A stretch of DNA of 64,000 nucleotides from assembly GCF_051903065.1 (NCBI RefSeq), contig NZ_CP178438.1; one strand, written 5' to 3'. The notes beneath the pieces are model-generated. The model was not told the DNA's origin, searched no databases, and saw nothing but the letters and a program-made list of their open reading frames with translations. This document shows positions 1 to 11,265 of the stretch, one piece after another. The translations under genes were made by a program, and so were the position numbers. Each line of letters begins with the position of its first letter. The stretch's first letter is position 1. The DNA comes from Escherichia coli (GTDB lineage Bacteria; Pseudomonadota; Gammaproteobacteria; Enterobacterales; Enterobacteriaceae).

Positions 1-771
1 ATGTCTGGCGGTAAATGTCACCCAGCGACACCACTGGCTTACTGACTCCGCATCGACAATCTGCAGAGTATCTTCAAATTCGCTATAAATAGCCTGCTCT
101 GAAAGCTCTGGCTCCATCTCCTGGAAATCAGCCAATGATTCGCGTTCGCCTACCAGAATGACTTTCAGCTTCAATGGCATCGAAGGCACAGAGACGGGGA
201 GAGGGCGCGACTCATCAAACGCAACCCAGTCAAAACGCTCGCGGTTAACGATATTTTTCAGCCGCATCCACAGCAGAGGTTGCGCCAGCAGTGTACGCAA
301 AGAGATGATGAGAATACCGCCATTTGCCTGATGCACCAGACCAGGTTGCAGGGTAATGTCGCCATTAAACTGGCGCAGGCAGCCAAAGAGTTGCTCCGCT
401 TCTACCCAGTCGGCAGCGACAACTTGCGTTAAAGTCGCAAAATTATCATCTGCACTCACTGCGTTACGTAAGCGGATGGTGTGGCCGGAAACCTCATAGT
501 GACCGCCCACCAGTTGGCCTGCATCGCTTTGCAGCGTACGCGCGGCATCGGCAATAAGATTCAGATACTCAGACTCTTCCGGAGCCTTCGCCAGCATAAA
601 AGAGGAGGATGCTCGCGTATGCAGCAATTGCTCCAGCGCAAATTGCAGTCGCGGTTGAGTATCACTGAATAAAGGATCGTTTTCGTCAATCAAATGTGGC
701 TGAGCAAATATTTCCTGATAGCTATCGGTATCAGGAACCAGGTCACGCCATGCAAGTTTCGTAATGGTCAA
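1..771 (-). CDS. ycbZ: Lon-like protease homolog, N-terminal part (partial; continues beyond window start)
   Basis: Reverse complement of 730-771 reads TTG-ACC-ATT-ACG-AAA-CTT-GCA-TGG (MTITKLAW...), matching the YcbZ N-terminus as I recall it; ORF runs off the window edge so it is absent from the ORF track; TTG start inferred. Confidence 0.7.
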   Translation of the reverse strand, partial: MTITKLAWRDLVPDTDSYQEIFAQPHLIDENDPLFSDTQPRLQFALEQLLHTRASSSFMLAKAPEESEYLNLIADAARTLQSDAGQLVGGHYEVSGHTIRLRNAVSADDNFATLTQVVAADWVEAEQLFGCLRQFNGDITLQPGLVHQANGGILIISLRTLLAQPLLWMRLKNIVNRERFDWVAFDESRPLPVSVPSMPLKLKVILVGERESLADFQEMEPELSEQAIYSEFEDTLQIVDAESVSQWCRWVTFTARH

Positions 772-956
772 AGTTGATGTTTTTTAGTCTGTTGTCAAAG
801 CCGCGATTATACCGTAACCGGCACTACAGCACACGTAGAAAGCACCGACAATACTCCTGGCATGGGCGTTAAAGCTCACAGGATGGAGATTCTTTTCTTC
901 ACTGGCCTAAAAAGCTGATATTCTGTAAAGAGTTACACGGTAACATTGAGATCGCT

Positions 957-1409
957 ATGAAATATCAACAACTTGAAAATCTTGAAAGCGGTTGGAAATG
1001 GAAGTATCTGGTGAAGAAGCATCGCGAAGGGGAGTTAATCACCCGTTACATAGAAGCCAGTGCCGCCCAGGAAGCCGTCGATGTGTTGCTCTCGCTGGAA
1101 AATGAACCCGTGCTGGTAAATGGCTGGATTGACAAGCATATGAATCCGGAACTGGTCAATCGCATGAAGCAAACCATTCGGGCCAGACGGAAGCGCCATT
1201 TTAATGCGGAACACCAGCATACGCGCAAAAAATCGATCGATCTGGAATTTATTGTCTGGCAACGTCTGGCTGGTCTTGCACAGCGTCGCGGTAAAACGCT
1301 TTCTGAAACGATTGTTCAGCTGATTGAAGATGCGGAAAACAAAGAGAAATACGCGAATAAAATGTCTTCTTTGAAGCATGATCTGCAGGCATTGCTGGGT
1401 AAGGAATAA
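957..1409 (+). CDS. matP: Ter macrodomain organiser MatP
   Basis: 150-aa [29 protein letters not shown]...; position immediately upstream of ompA as in K-12. Confidence 0.93.
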   Translation: MKYQQLENLESGWKWKYLVKKHREGELITRYIEASAAQEAVDVLLSLENEPVLVNGWIDKHMNPELVNRMKQTIRARRKRHFNAEHQHTRKKSIDLEFIVWQRLAGLAQRRGKTLSETIVQLIEDAENKEKYANKMSSLKHDLQALLGKE

Positions 1410-1440
1410 CTGACGAAGTCAGTTCAATTTACTAAAGGCG

Positions 1441-1469
1441 AAAAAAAACCCCGCAGCTGCGGGGTTTTT
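1441..1469. terminator. Bidirectional Rho-independent terminator between convergent matP and ompA
   Basis: A8 - CCCCGCAGCTGCGGGG perfect palindrome (1449-1464) - T5. Confidence 0.85.
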
Positions 1470-1484
1470 CTACCAGACGAGAAC

Positions 1485-2540
1485 TTAAGCCTGCGGCTGA
1501 GTTACAACGTCTTTGATGCCTTTAACTTCGATCTCAACGCGACGATCCGGAGCCAGGCAGTCGATCAGTGCAGCACGCTGTTTCACGTTGTCACAGGTGT
1601 TGCCAGTAACCGGGTTGGATTCGCCCATACCACGTGCGGAGATCTTGTCTGCCGGGATACCTTTAGAGATCAGGTAATCAACAACAGACTGAGCACGGCG
1701 CTCGGACAGACCCTGGTTGTAAGCGTCAGAACCGATGCGGTCGGTGTAACCCAGAACAACTACGGAGCCGTCTTTCGGATCCAGGTTGCTCAGCTGGCTG
1801 TACAGCTGATCCAGAGCAGCCTGACCTTCCGGTTTCAGGGTTGCTTTGTTGAAGTTGAACAGAACGTCAGACTTCAGAGTGAAGTGCTTGGTCTGTACTT
1901 CCGGTGCCGGAGCTGGAGCCGGAGCAACTACCGGAGCTGCTTCGCCCTGACCGAAACGGTAGGAAACACCCAGGCTCAGCAGGCCGTTGTCCGGACGAGT
2001 GCCGATGGTGTGTGCGTCACCGATGTTGTTGGTCCACTGGTATTCCAGACGGGTAGCGATTTCAGGAGTGATGGCCCATTCAACACCACCTGCGAATACC
2101 GGAGAAACGCCGGTATCGTGGTTTTTCTCAGATTCACCTGTCACATTGTTGTGAGCTTTGGTGTCTGCACGCCAAACCATACCACCCAGACGAGTGTACA
2201 CGTCCAGGTCGTCAGTGATTGGGTAACCCAGTTTAGCGGTCAACTGAACGCCCTGAGCTTTGTATGCACCGTTTTCAACGCTGCCTTTGTACGGCATACG
2301 ACCTAACCAGTCGTAACCCATTTCAAAGCCAACATACGGGTTAACCTGGTAACCACCAAAAGCACCAGCGCCCAGTTGGTTTTCATGGGTCGGGCCATTG
2401 TTGTCGATGAAACCAGTGTCATGGTACTGGGACCAGCCCAGTTTAGCACCAGTGTACCAGGTGTTATCTTTCGGAGCGGCCTGCGCTACGGTAGCGAAAC
2501 CAGCCAGTGCCACTGCAATCGCGATAGCTGTCTTTTTCAT
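1485..2540 (-). CDS. ompA: Outer membrane protein A (beta-barrel plus OmpA-like peptidoglycan-binding domain)
   Basis: ORF contains [21 protein letters not shown] signal peptide, AP-repeat hinge ([13 protein letters not shown]) and C-terminal OmpA domain; start trimmed to ATG at 2540 (track ORF extends to 2612). Confidence 0.97.
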   Translation of the reverse strand: MKKTAIAIAVALAGFATVAQAAPKDNTWYTGAKLGWSQYHDTGFIDNNGPTHENQLGAGAFGGYQVNPYVGFEMGYDWLGRMPYKGSVENGAYKAQGVQLTAKLGYPITDDLDVYTRLGGMVWRADTKAHNNVTGESEKNHDTGVSPVFAGGVEWAITPEIATRLEYQWTNNIGDAHTIGTRPDNGLLSLGVSYRFGQGEAAPVVAPAPAPAPEVQTKHFTLKSDVLFNFNKATLKPEGQAALDQLYSQLSNLDPKDGSVVVLGYTDRIGSDAYNQGLSERRAQSVVDYLISKGIPADKISARGMGESNPVTGNTCDNVKQRAALIDCLAPDRRVEIEVKGIKDVVTQPQA

Positions 2541-2673
2541 TTTTTGCGCCTCGTTATCATCCAAAATACGCCATGAATATCTCCAACGAGATAACACGGT
2601 TAAATCCTTCACCGGGGGATCTGCTCAATATTAACTCTACCGATATCTTCGGCTTATGCCGAGCACCCCTGGC
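2541..2673 (-). promoter_or_regulatory. ompA long 5' UTR / promoter-proximal region
   Basis: Established knowledge that ompA has a ~130-nt stabilising 5' UTR; boundaries not verifiable from sequence alone. Confidence 0.4.
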
Positions 2674-2896
2674 GATGTAAAGTCTACAACGTAGTTGAAA
2701 ACTTACAAGTGTGAACTCCGTCAGGCATATGAAAAAAAAGTCTTGTATAAGGTATGTTTAATCTTTTTTGTCAGCGACAATTTACAGAAGAAAATCGCGG
2801 AAACCGCTTCAGACAAGCCTCCGCAAGGAAAATTAATCACGACTGAAAGCATTGGCTGGACGACAAAAAAAGTTCCAGGATTAATCCTAAATTTAC

Positions 2897-3406
2897 TTAA
2901 TGATACAAATTAGAGTGAATTTTTAGCCCGGAAAGTTGTCTCGTTGCGTGAGAGGATGCGCTTACCGGACGCATAATAAACCCCATCGCGTTACCTTCAT
3001 TTGCCGCATCAACAAGTTCAGCATGCTCTTCTTCAGTCAAATCATCTGCCAACCAACCGATCACCACACTGTAATTGCCCGTGCGTAAAGCGCGAACCAT
3101 TGACTCCACGGTGTGGCAAGGGGAGAGCTGGCTAATCTGCATTACTTTTGTTAAGGGTAGCCCAGATGCCTGAACCCATTCCCGACTCAGTTTTTGTTGC
3201 GGTGTTAACCAGAGTTGCCAGCGCGATTGCTGACCGAGTTGCTGTAACAATGGCAACAGTAGAAGTTGCGTCATCATGGGCTGATCTTCGCGATAGACAA
3301 CTTCACTGATAAGCCCGGCTGTAGTGTTTTCCGTAGAGACACGCGCAATTTTACTTGCTGCGGATGAGAACGACGAAGAACGATGTGCATAGCCTGAAGT
3401 GTACAT
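2897..3406 (-). CDS. sulA: SOS cell-division inhibitor SulA
   Basis: [41 protein letters not shown]...; LexA box immediately upstream; start trimmed to ATG at 3406. Confidence 0.95.
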
Positions 3407-3428
3407 AATCAATCCAGCCCCTGTGAGT

Positions 3429-3448
3429 TACTGTATGGATGTACAGTA
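3429..3448. promoter_or_regulatory. LexA operator (SOS box) of sulA
   Basis: TACTGTATGGATGTACAGTA: CTGT-N8-ACAG palindrome 23-42 nt upstream of the sulA start. Confidence 0.9.
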
Positions 3449-3624
3449 CATCCAGTGACAACAAAGATCAACCCTATTTTCGGAAAGAGCCTCGCAAATT
3501 TTGTCGTTGGTGACGGGAAAACATAAATTAATCTTGCCCCTTAAGAATAAGTTGCCTATTTTCGTAGTTAACGGATCCGTTAATGTGAATCATTCTTTTA
3601 TGTTATGATTTTAAAAGGAATTTT

Positions 3625-4254
3625 ATGAAAAGCCTCTCCTATAAGCGGATCTATAAATCACAAGAATACCTGGCAACGTTGGGCACAATTGAATACCGAT
3701 CATTGTTTGGCAGTTACAGCCTGACCGTTGACGACACGGTGTTTGCGATGGTTTCTGATGGTGAGTTGTATCTTCGGGCTTGTGAGCAAAGTGCACAGTA
3801 CTGTGTAAAACATCCGCCTGTCTGGCTGACATATAAAAAGTGTGGCCGATCCGTTACCCTCAATTACTATCGGGTTGATGAAAGTCTATGGCGAAATCAA
3901 CTGAAGCTGGTGCGTCTGTCGAAATATTCTCTCGATGCAGCGCTGAAAGAGAAAAGCACGCGCAATACCCGGGAAAGACTGAAAGATTTGCCCAATATGT
4001 CTTTTCATCTGGAAGCGATTCTCGGGGAGGTGGGGATTAAGGATGTACGGGCGTTACGTATACTTGGGGCAAAAATGTGTTGGTTGCGACTGCGGCAGCA
4101 AAACAGTCTGGTGACAGAAAAGATTCTGTTTATGCTTGAAGGTGCCATTATCGGCATTCATGAAGCTGCGCTCCCGGTGGCACGCCGCCAGGAGCTTGCA
4201 GAATGGGCTGACTCTCTTACGCCGAAACAGGAGTTTCCTGCGGAACTTGAGTAA
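3625..4254 (+). CDS. sxy: Competence regulator Sxy/TfoX
   Basis: 209-aa ORF MKSLSYKRIYKSQEYLATLGTIEYRSLFGSYSLTVDDTVFAMVSDGELYLRA... (TfoX N- and C-domains); conserved position after sulA. Confidence 0.9.
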   Translation: MKSLSYKRIYKSQEYLATLGTIEYRSLFGSYSLTVDDTVFAMVSDGELYLRACEQSAQYCVKHPPVWLTYKKCGRSVTLNYYRVDESLWRNQLKLVRLSKYSLDAALKEKSTRNTRERLKDLPNMSFHLEAILGEVGIKDVRALRILGAKMCWLRLRQQNSLVTEKILFMLEGAIIGIHEAALPVARRQELAEWADSLTPKQEFPAELE

Positions 4255-6370
4255 TCTGGCGTTGCAGACGACCAATCTCTGGCAGTAATGCAATCAATAA
4301 CCCAACTTGTTGTACGACCAGAGGTTCTTTGCTGTCTGCCCGTGGTTCAAGTTGCTGCATCCGCTGTTTCAGGCCAGCTAATGCCTGATTGACGCGTTCT
4401 TCGTCAGCAGGTTGATGATGTAACGCGTCATCAACATAGCAAACTGCGTCATCAAGAAACGCCAGAATTTCAGGATTAGTTAACTGCTCCCGGTGAGCAC
4501 CGAGGGCTGAGATATAGCTGGTAAACGTATGGTTAAGGCACAGCAACCGAAACGCGGCTTCGCGAATTTGCGGGGTAACGTTCGGTTCGCTGGACATATT
4601 TGATACCACCGACGCCAGTTCAGCATCACGGTTGTGTGCATCGCGGCGGGCAATACGATACGCCAGACGGTTATCACGCCCCTGATGGTATTGCTCCAGT
4701 ATGGCATCGAGATACCGGCAGTTGGCCTCTGTGGCGCGTTCGAGCATTCGCGGCAGATTGCGAAACTTCCAGTCAGGCCAGATGTAGCTCACTGCCGCCC
4801 ACGCAATGGCACAACCAATCAGCGTATCGATTACGCGAGGTAACGCTACTTCAAAACCTTCACCCAGCAAGTTAAAACACAGTAGCACCAAAAGTGTGAT
4901 GAACATCGTTGCATGGGCATATTGCACGTTACGGAAGGCAAAAAAGAGCACGCCGGTAATAACCAGTAGCACCAGCTGCCCTTCCAGTGATGGCACAAAC
5001 CACAGCACAGGAATGCCAATGGCGATACCTACCAGCGTACCAATAATCCTTAACTTCAGGCGGTGGCGCGTGGCGTTATAGTTTGGCTGGCAGACAAACA
5101 AACTTGTCAGCAAGATCCAATACCCGTGATGCATTCCGGTTATTTGAATGATGGCGTAGCCGAAGCACAACACCAGCGACATTCTTACCGCATGACGGAA
5201 GAGGGCGGATTCCGGCGTGAAGTGACGGCTAAGACGCAGCCAGATATCACTCAATCCGTGCGGGCTGTCATCAGCGAGCTCATTTTCGTCATTATTATGG
5301 GGCAGTGCCTGGGCCTGTTCTGATTCAATTGTTGCCAGTTGGGCATCAATGGCGCGTAAATTGTTCAGCAAAAATCCCAGTGTTTTGAGTAAATCGGCAG
5401 GCGCGCCGTTATCGCGCATCCGCTCCAGGGCAGCATCAATATGCGTAAAAGCGCGCTCAAAATGCGGATCATGTTGATAAGGCTGACGCAGCAAAATACA
5501 GCGTGACAGTTGCTGGCACGCCTGGCCCTGCATCGACATCAGCCGCTGAAAACGGAACAGCACGTCGCTGTGGCGAAAATGTTCACGCAATGTTTGATAC
5601 TGAATATGAGAAGAGCTGGCACGCTCGTGAATATCCTGTGCGACAAAGTAATAATGCAGCGTGCGACGCGTTCCCCGTTGACCACGATCGCCACGTAAGC
5701 GGGTCAGCAGCGAGAGTTTCGTCTGATTCAATGTCGCCATCAACTGACCGTTGGCGAGAGCCAAATCGTACAGCGGTGCCTGGCTTTCATCTTCAATATC
5801 AGGATCAAACATGCGCGACTTGAGCTCAAGATAACGCGCCAGTTGTTCATAGCAACGCGCCAGGTTGTCCTGCAGCGGGCGGACCGGGAACAGCAGATGA
5901 CCAATAAGTGTCAGGACGTTGTACCAGACGGCACCGGCCAGCAGATACATCGGCTGCTGATACCAGTGCTCATACAGTGATGTTCCCAACATAGTGTAAA
6001 TGGCGATCAGCAATGCACCGAAGGCAATTGTTGCATAGCGTTGACCCAGACCGCCGAGCAAAATGAAGCCGCTGGTAGAGAGCGTTAAGCCAATCGCAAA
6101 TAGCCAGGGCCAGGGAAACAGCAATTCTACTGAGGCCGAGGCGATAAAAAAGCAGAACAGCGTAATGATGAGGTTACGCAAACGTCCCGCCAGTCGGTCA
6201 TCGAGATCGGTCAGCGCCGCTGCCACCATCCCCAGCGTCAGCGGAATCGTCAGTTTTACATCACCCAGCCACCACGGAAACGCTGTGGTTCCACAAAGCG
6301 CAATAAAAATACGCGCGTAATACAGCCAGGCGCTGTTCCAGGTATAGCGTTTGAGCAAAGGACTTAGCAT
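4217..6370 (-). CDS. yccS: Inner-membrane protein YccS (FUSC-like putative transporter)
   Basis: 720-aa ORF with many hydrophobic segments; start set to ATG at 6370 (717 aa) but the ATG at 6379 is equally possible; 3' end overlaps sxy convergently. Confidence 0.85.
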   Translation of the reverse strand: MLSPLLKRYTWNSAWLYYARIFIALCGTTAFPWWLGDVKLTIPLTLGMVAAALTDLDDRLAGRLRNLIITLFCFFIASASVELLFPWPWLFAIGLTLSTSGFILLGGLGQRYATIAFGALLIAIYTMLGTSLYEHWYQQPMYLLAGAVWYNVLTLIGHLLFPVRPLQDNLARCYEQLARYLELKSRMFDPDIEDESQAPLYDLALANGQLMATLNQTKLSLLTRLRGDRGQRGTRRTLHYYFVAQDIHERASSSHIQYQTLREHFRHSDVLFRFQRLMSMQGQACQQLSRCILLRQPYQHDPHFERAFTHIDAALERMRDNGAPADLLKTLGFLLNNLRAIDAQLATIESEQAQALPHNNDENELADDSPHGLSDIWLRLSRHFTPESALFRHAVRMSLVLCFGYAIIQITGMHHGYWILLTSLFVCQPNYNATRHRLKLRIIGTLVGIAIGIPVLWFVPSLEGQLVLLVITGVLFFAFRNVQYAHATMFITLLVLLCFNLLGEGFEVALPRVIDTLIGCAIAWAAVSYIWPDWKFRNLPRMLERATEANCRYLDAILEQYHQGRDNRLAYRIARRDAHNRDAELASVVSNMSSEPNVTPQIREAAFRLLCLNHTFTSYISALGAHREQLTNPEILAFLDDAVCYVDDALHHQPADEERVNQALAGLKQRMQQLEPRADSKEPLVVQQVGLLIALLPEIGRLQRQITQVPQETPVSA

Positions 6371-6388
6371 AAAGGCCATATTAGTGGA

Positions 6389-6835
6389 TTATTCAAAACG
6401 ACGACGTGCATTGGCTTCACGCGCAGCTTGCGCTGTTTCTACCGATACCACGCGACGACCGACCGGCCATAGTGCAATAGCGGCAATTTTAAAGTTCGCA
6501 ATGCCGACAGGAATGCCAATGATTGAAATACATTGTGCGATGCCCGTTGCAATGTGCATCAGGCATAACCACCAGCCAAAGAAAATCAGCCAGAAAATAT
6601 TCAATACCGTACCGCCAGTATTCAGCAGCACATTTTTGCCAGCCGGGTTCAGTTCATCGACATGAATAGCTTCATTGCCATAAGGCACCAGAGACAGTTT
6701 AGTGATCTCCCAGCAGGATCGTGTCAGCGGTAAGGTAAAAATCAGCACAATACTGACCAGAGTCGCCAACAGCCAGCCCAGAGTGGTGGCAAATCCGCCA
6801 AGCACAAAGTTCAGAATGTTCAAAACGGTACGCAT
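6389..6835 (-). CDS. yccF: Inner-membrane protein YccF (DUF307)
   Basis: 148-aa hydrophobic ORF MRTVLNILNFVLGGFATTLGWLLATLVS...; conserved position. Confidence 0.9.
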   Translation of the reverse strand: MRTVLNILNFVLGGFATTLGWLLATLVSIVLIFTLPLTRSCWEITKLSLVPYGNEAIHVDELNPAGKNVLLNTGGTVLNIFWLIFFGWWLCLMHIATGIAQCISIIGIPVGIANFKIAAIALWPVGRRVVSVETAQAAREANARRRFE

Positions 6836-6957
6836 AAAACCTCGCTTTACTGTGGTTTTCAGTAATGGGCGGCAATTGTAACGTTTTTTTGGGCTGGAGC
6901 ACGTTTTCTCTGACGGTTACACTGATAAGAAATAATTTCGTGTGGATCTACAGAGTC

Positions 6958-9012
6958 ATGGAACTGAAAGCGACAACGCTTGGAAAACGTCTGGCACAGC
7001 ACCCTTACGATCGGGCGGTGATCCTCAATGCCGGGGTTAAAGTCTCCGGCGATCGCCACGAATACCTTATTCCTTTCAATCAATTACTGGCGATTCACTG
7101 TAAGCGCGGTCTGGTATGGGGCGAGCTGGAATTTGTACTGCCGGACGAAAAAGTGGTGCGTCTGCACGGCACCGAATGGGGCGAGACGCAGCGTTTTTAC
7201 CATCATCTTGATGCTCACTGGCGGCGGTGGAGTGGCGAGATGAGCGAAATTGCGTCTGGTGTTTTACGCCAGCAACTGGATTTGATTGCCACGCGCACTG
7301 GAGAAAATAAATGGCTGACGCGTGAGCAAACCTCTGGCGTTCAGCAACAAATCCGCCAGGCTTTGTCGGCGTTGCCGTTGCCGGTTAACCGACTGGAAGA
7401 ATTCGATAACTGCCGTGAGGCGTGGCGTAAATGTCAGGCCTGGTTGAAAGATATTGAAAGCGCTCGGTTGCAGCATAACCAGGCATATACCGAAGCCATG
7501 CTTACCGAGTATGCGGATTTTTTCCGCCAGGTCGAGTCTTCACCGCTGAATCCGGCGCAGGCCCGGGCAGTCGTTAATGGCGAGCATTCTCTGTTAGTGC
7601 TGGCAGGTGCAGGAAGCGGAAAAACGTCGGTGCTGGTGGCCCGTGCAGGCTGGTTGCTGGCGCGTGGTGAAGCGTCCCCTGAGCAAATTTTATTGCTGGC
7701 GTTTGGTCGCAAAGCCGCTGAAGAGATGGACGAGCGTATTCGCGAACGGCTACATACCGAAGACATTACCGCACGCACGTTTCATGCGCTGGCGCTGCAT
7801 ATTATTCAGCAGGGCAGCAAAAAAGTTCCGATAGTCAGCAAACTGGAAAATGATACCGCTGCCCGTCATGAACTCTTTATTGCTGAGTGGCGCAAGCAAT
7901 GCAGCGAAAAGAAAGCGCAGGCGAAGGGCTGGCGGCAATGGCTGACGGAAGAAATGCAGTGGTCAGTGCCAGAAGGTAACTTCTGGGATGATGAAAAATT
8001 ACAGCGTCGTCTTGCCTCACGCCTCGATCGTTGGGTAAGTCTGATGCGGATGCACGGTGGTGCACAGGCAGAAATGATTGCCAGTGCACCCGAAGAGATT
8101 CGCGATCTGTTCAGTAAACGTATCAAGTTGATGGCCCCGTTATTAAAAGCCTGGAAAGGTGCGTTGAAGGCAGAAAACGCTGTCGATTTTTCGGGCCTTA
8201 TTCATCAGGCGATTGTGATTCTGGAGAAAGGTCGCTTTATCAGCCCGTGGAAGCATATTCTGGTTGATGAATTTCAGGATATCTCGCCGCAGCGGGCAGC
8301 GTTGTTAGCGGCATTACGCAAGCAAAACAGTCAGACGACGTTGTTCGCCGTTGGTGATGACTGGCAGGCGATTTACCGATTCAGCGGTGCGCAAATGTCG
8401 CTCACCACCGCTTTCCATGAAAACTTTGGTGAAGGCGAACGCTGTGATTTAGACACGACTTACCGTTTTAACAGTCGTATCGGTGAGGTGGCAAACCGGT
8501 TTATTCAGCAGAACCCAGGCCAGCTGAAAAAGCCGCTAAACAGCTTAACCAATGGAGACAAAAAAGCCGTCACGTTATTGGATGAGAGTCAACTTGACGC
8601 TTTGCTGGATAAGCTCTCTGGTTATGCCAAACCGGAAGAGCGCATTCTGATCCTGGCGCGTTACCATCACATGAGGCCTGCCAGCCTGGAAAAAGCGGCA
8701 ACACGCTGGCCGAAGTTGCAAATCGACTTTATGACCATTCATGCCAGCAAAGGGCAACAGGCGGATTACGTCATCATCGTTGGCTTGCAGGAGGGAAGTG
8801 ATGGTTTTCCGGCTGCGGCGCGGGAGTCGATTATGGAAGAGGCGCTACTGCCACCGGTTGAGGATTTCCCGGACGCTGAAGAACGGCGGTTAATGTACGT
8901 GGCGCTGACCCGGGCACGTCATCGGGTATGGGCACTGTTTAACAAAGAGAATCCCTCTCCCTTTGTGGAAATACTGAAAAATCTGGATGTGCCGGTGGCG
9001 AGAAAACCGTAA
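6958..9012 (+). CDS. helD: DNA helicase IV (UvrD/Rep superfamily 1)
   Basis: ORF with Walker A AGAGSGKTSVLV and SF1 helicase motifs; start trimmed to MELKATTLGKRL (ATG 6958) giving 684 aa. Confidence 0.95.
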   Translation: MELKATTLGKRLAQHPYDRAVILNAGVKVSGDRHEYLIPFNQLLAIHCKRGLVWGELEFVLPDEKVVRLHGTEWGETQRFYHHLDAHWRRWSGEMSEIASGVLRQQLDLIATRTGENKWLTREQTSGVQQQIRQALSALPLPVNRLEEFDNCREAWRKCQAWLKDIESARLQHNQAYTEAMLTEYADFFRQVESSPLNPAQARAVVNGEHSLLVLAGAGSGKTSVLVARAGWLLARGEASPEQILLLAFGRKAAEEMDERIRERLHTEDITARTFHALALHIIQQGSKKVPIVSKLENDTAARHELFIAEWRKQCSEKKAQAKGWRQWLTEEMQWSVPEGNFWDDEKLQRRLASRLDRWVSLMRMHGGAQAEMIASAPEEIRDLFSKRIKLMAPLLKAWKGALKAENAVDFSGLIHQAIVILEKGRFISPWKHILVDEFQDISPQRAALLAALRKQNSQTTLFAVGDDWQAIYRFSGAQMSLTTAFHENFGEGERCDLDTTYRFNSRIGEVANRFIQQNPGQLKKPLNSLTNGDKKAVTLLDESQLDALLDKLSGYAKPEERILILARYHHMRPASLEKAATRWPKLQIDFMTIHASKGQQADYVIIVGLQEGSDGFPAAARESIMEEALLPPVEDFPDAEERRLMYVALTRARHRVWALFNKENPSPFVEILKNLDVPVARKP

Positions 9013-9015
9013 GAA

Positions 9016-9040
9016 ACAGGTGGCGTTTGCCACCTGTGCA
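9016..9040. terminator. Hairpin between convergent helD and mgsA
   Basis: CAGGTGGC-GTTT-GCCACCTG inverted repeat. Confidence 0.6.
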
Positions 9041-9043
9041 ATA

Positions 9044-9502
9044 TTACTTCAGACGGTCCGCGAGATAACGCTGATAATCGGGGATCAGAATATCGACCGC
9101 GTCGTTGAAATGCGGCGACTGGATAATGAAGTCTGCCGTTGCCACGTTGGTGGCGACCGGAATGTTCCATACCGTCGCCAGACGCAGCAAGGCTTTCACG
9201 TCAGGATCGTGCGGCACGGCATTTAGTGGATCCCAGAAGAAAATCAATACATCAATTTTCCCTTCTGAGATCAATGCGCCAACCTGCTGGTCACCCCCCA
9301 TTGGGCCACTCAACATCGCGTTGACGTTCATGCCGGTTGCGCGGGAAATCAAGTTACCGGTAGTGCCTGTTGCATACAGTACGTGTTGTTCCAGTAACGG
9401 TTGATGTCGTTCCACCCAGCTCATCAGCATTTGTTTGCAGTGATCGTGTGCTACCAGCGCAATATGTTTCCGCGCAGGTAAAGTGCGAGTCGTCAGTTCC
9501 AT
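9044..9502 (-). CDS. mgsA: Methylglyoxal synthase
   Basis: [52 protein letters not shown]...; start trimmed to ATG 9502 (152 aa). Confidence 0.95.
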
Positions 9503-9597
9503 AATGTACATCCGTAGTTAACTTTCCTACAGATTACTGTAAGCACTTATCGCTGCAAGATAAAGACCGAAAAAGCCTGCGCACAGGCACAAAAATC

Positions 9598-10260
9598 TCA
9601 GGAAGATGGTTGTTTTTCCGCCCATTGCAGGAAAGTATTTCGCGTTTGTGGGTCAGCCAGTTTAAACCAATACTTCAGCCGTTGTTCTGTGAGCACCTGA
9701 GACTGCGGTGGAATAGCATCCAGCTCGGAAACACCCGAAAGCAGCGTACTGTCATCTGCCATCATCGTGGCAAATTGCGGTAGTGAAGCGCGTTTCGCGG
9801 ATTTGTTATAGCGTTCAACCTCGACCTCATAATCAATCGTTTTTGCCGTTGAGGTAATGGCGAGAATATCCAGCTTTACCGGAATCGGCGTCGCATCGCC
9901 ATCCAACAATTCAAGGCGCGGCGCGGCATCAAAATGGTTAGCTTCCCGTTCATTCTCCAGGCGAGGCAGGCGAAAATTGACCTGGTTGATGAGCTGGGTA
10001 TTAAAACTGACCACCAGCGGTGGGGAGATATACAGCCGTTCTTCACTATTGGAAAGATGAATCGTCTTCTCAACGCGAAACACTAACTGATGCGGTCCAT
10101 TATCCAGTTCAATGCTGTCCGCACCGCGCAGCAGAGAGCTGGAAACCTTCTTGCCGTCGAGTACCAGAAGATCGACATCGGTTGAAAGCCGCAGCGTGGT
10201 GGCAAAAACGGATACCGGCAAACATAATGCAATCAAGGTGGTCACGATGCCGGTTTTCAT
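9598..10260 (-). CDS. yccT: Secreted protein YccT (DUF2057), signal peptide
   Basis: 220-aa ORF with N-terminal signal peptide [20 protein letters not shown]. Confidence 0.9.
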
Positions 10261-10432
10261 AGGTAGCTCCTGTCAAAAGACCGCCCGAATAATAATGTGT
10301 CAAAATTTTTCTTTAATCATACTTACTAACATATAGACATATTTCCCGCTTTTGCTCTCATTCATTCGTATTAGCTGCATGGTTGGCATGTCGGCTTTGT
10401 CGTACACTTTGTTAAACAGTCTGGAGGAAATA

Positions 10433-10846
10433 ATGAAAGAAACCGATATTGCAGGCATTTTAACGTCCACTCACACCATTGCGCTGGTGGGGGCAAGCGA
10501 CAAACCCGATCGTCCCAGCTATCGCGTGATGAAATATCTACTCGACCAGGGGTATCACGTCATTCCGGTTTCGCCAAAAGTTGCCGGCAAAACGCTGCTA
10601 GGCCAGCAGGGGTATGGCACGCTGGCAGACGTTCCGGAAAAGGTCGATATGGTCGATGTTTTCCGTAATTCAGAAGCGGCGTGGGGCGTGGCGCAGGAAG
10701 CTATCGCCATTGGCGCGAAAACCCTCTGGATGCAACTGGGGGTGATTAATGAGCAAGCGGCAGTACTGGCAAGGGATGCCGGGTTAAATGTGGTGATGGA
10801 TCGCTGCCCGGCTATTGAGATCCCTCGCCTGGGCCTGGCCAAATAA
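10433..10846 (+). CDS. yccU: CoA-binding domain protein YccU
   Basis: [44 protein letters not shown]...; GGAGG RBS upstream of ATG 10433. Confidence 0.9.
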   Translation: MKETDIAGILTSTHTIALVGASDKPDRPSYRVMKYLLDQGYHVIPVSPKVAGKTLLGQQGYGTLADVPEKVDMVDVFRNSEAAWGVAQEAIAIGAKTLWMQLGVINEQAAVLARDAGLNVVMDRCPAIEIPRLGLAK

Positions 10847-10884
10847 AAAATCCCCGGAAGGCAAAAACCTTCCGGGGATTTGTT
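10845..10884. terminator. Bidirectional Rho-independent terminator between yccU and hspQ
   Basis: A6-TCCCCGGAAGG-loop-CCTTCCGGGGA-TTTGTT. Confidence 0.85.
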
Positions 10885-10890
10885 CAGGGA

Positions 10891-11265
<375 letters not shown>

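Noticed and set aside
481-672. 63-aa plus-strand ORF near the window start
   Set aside because: Falls inside the minus-strand ycbZ coding sequence; shadow ORF.
2695-2913. 72-aa plus-strand ORF in the ompA-sulA intergenic region
   Set aside because: Lies across the ompA promoter and 5' UTR on the opposite strand and overlaps the sulA 3' end; no RBS, and this region is known regulatory DNA.
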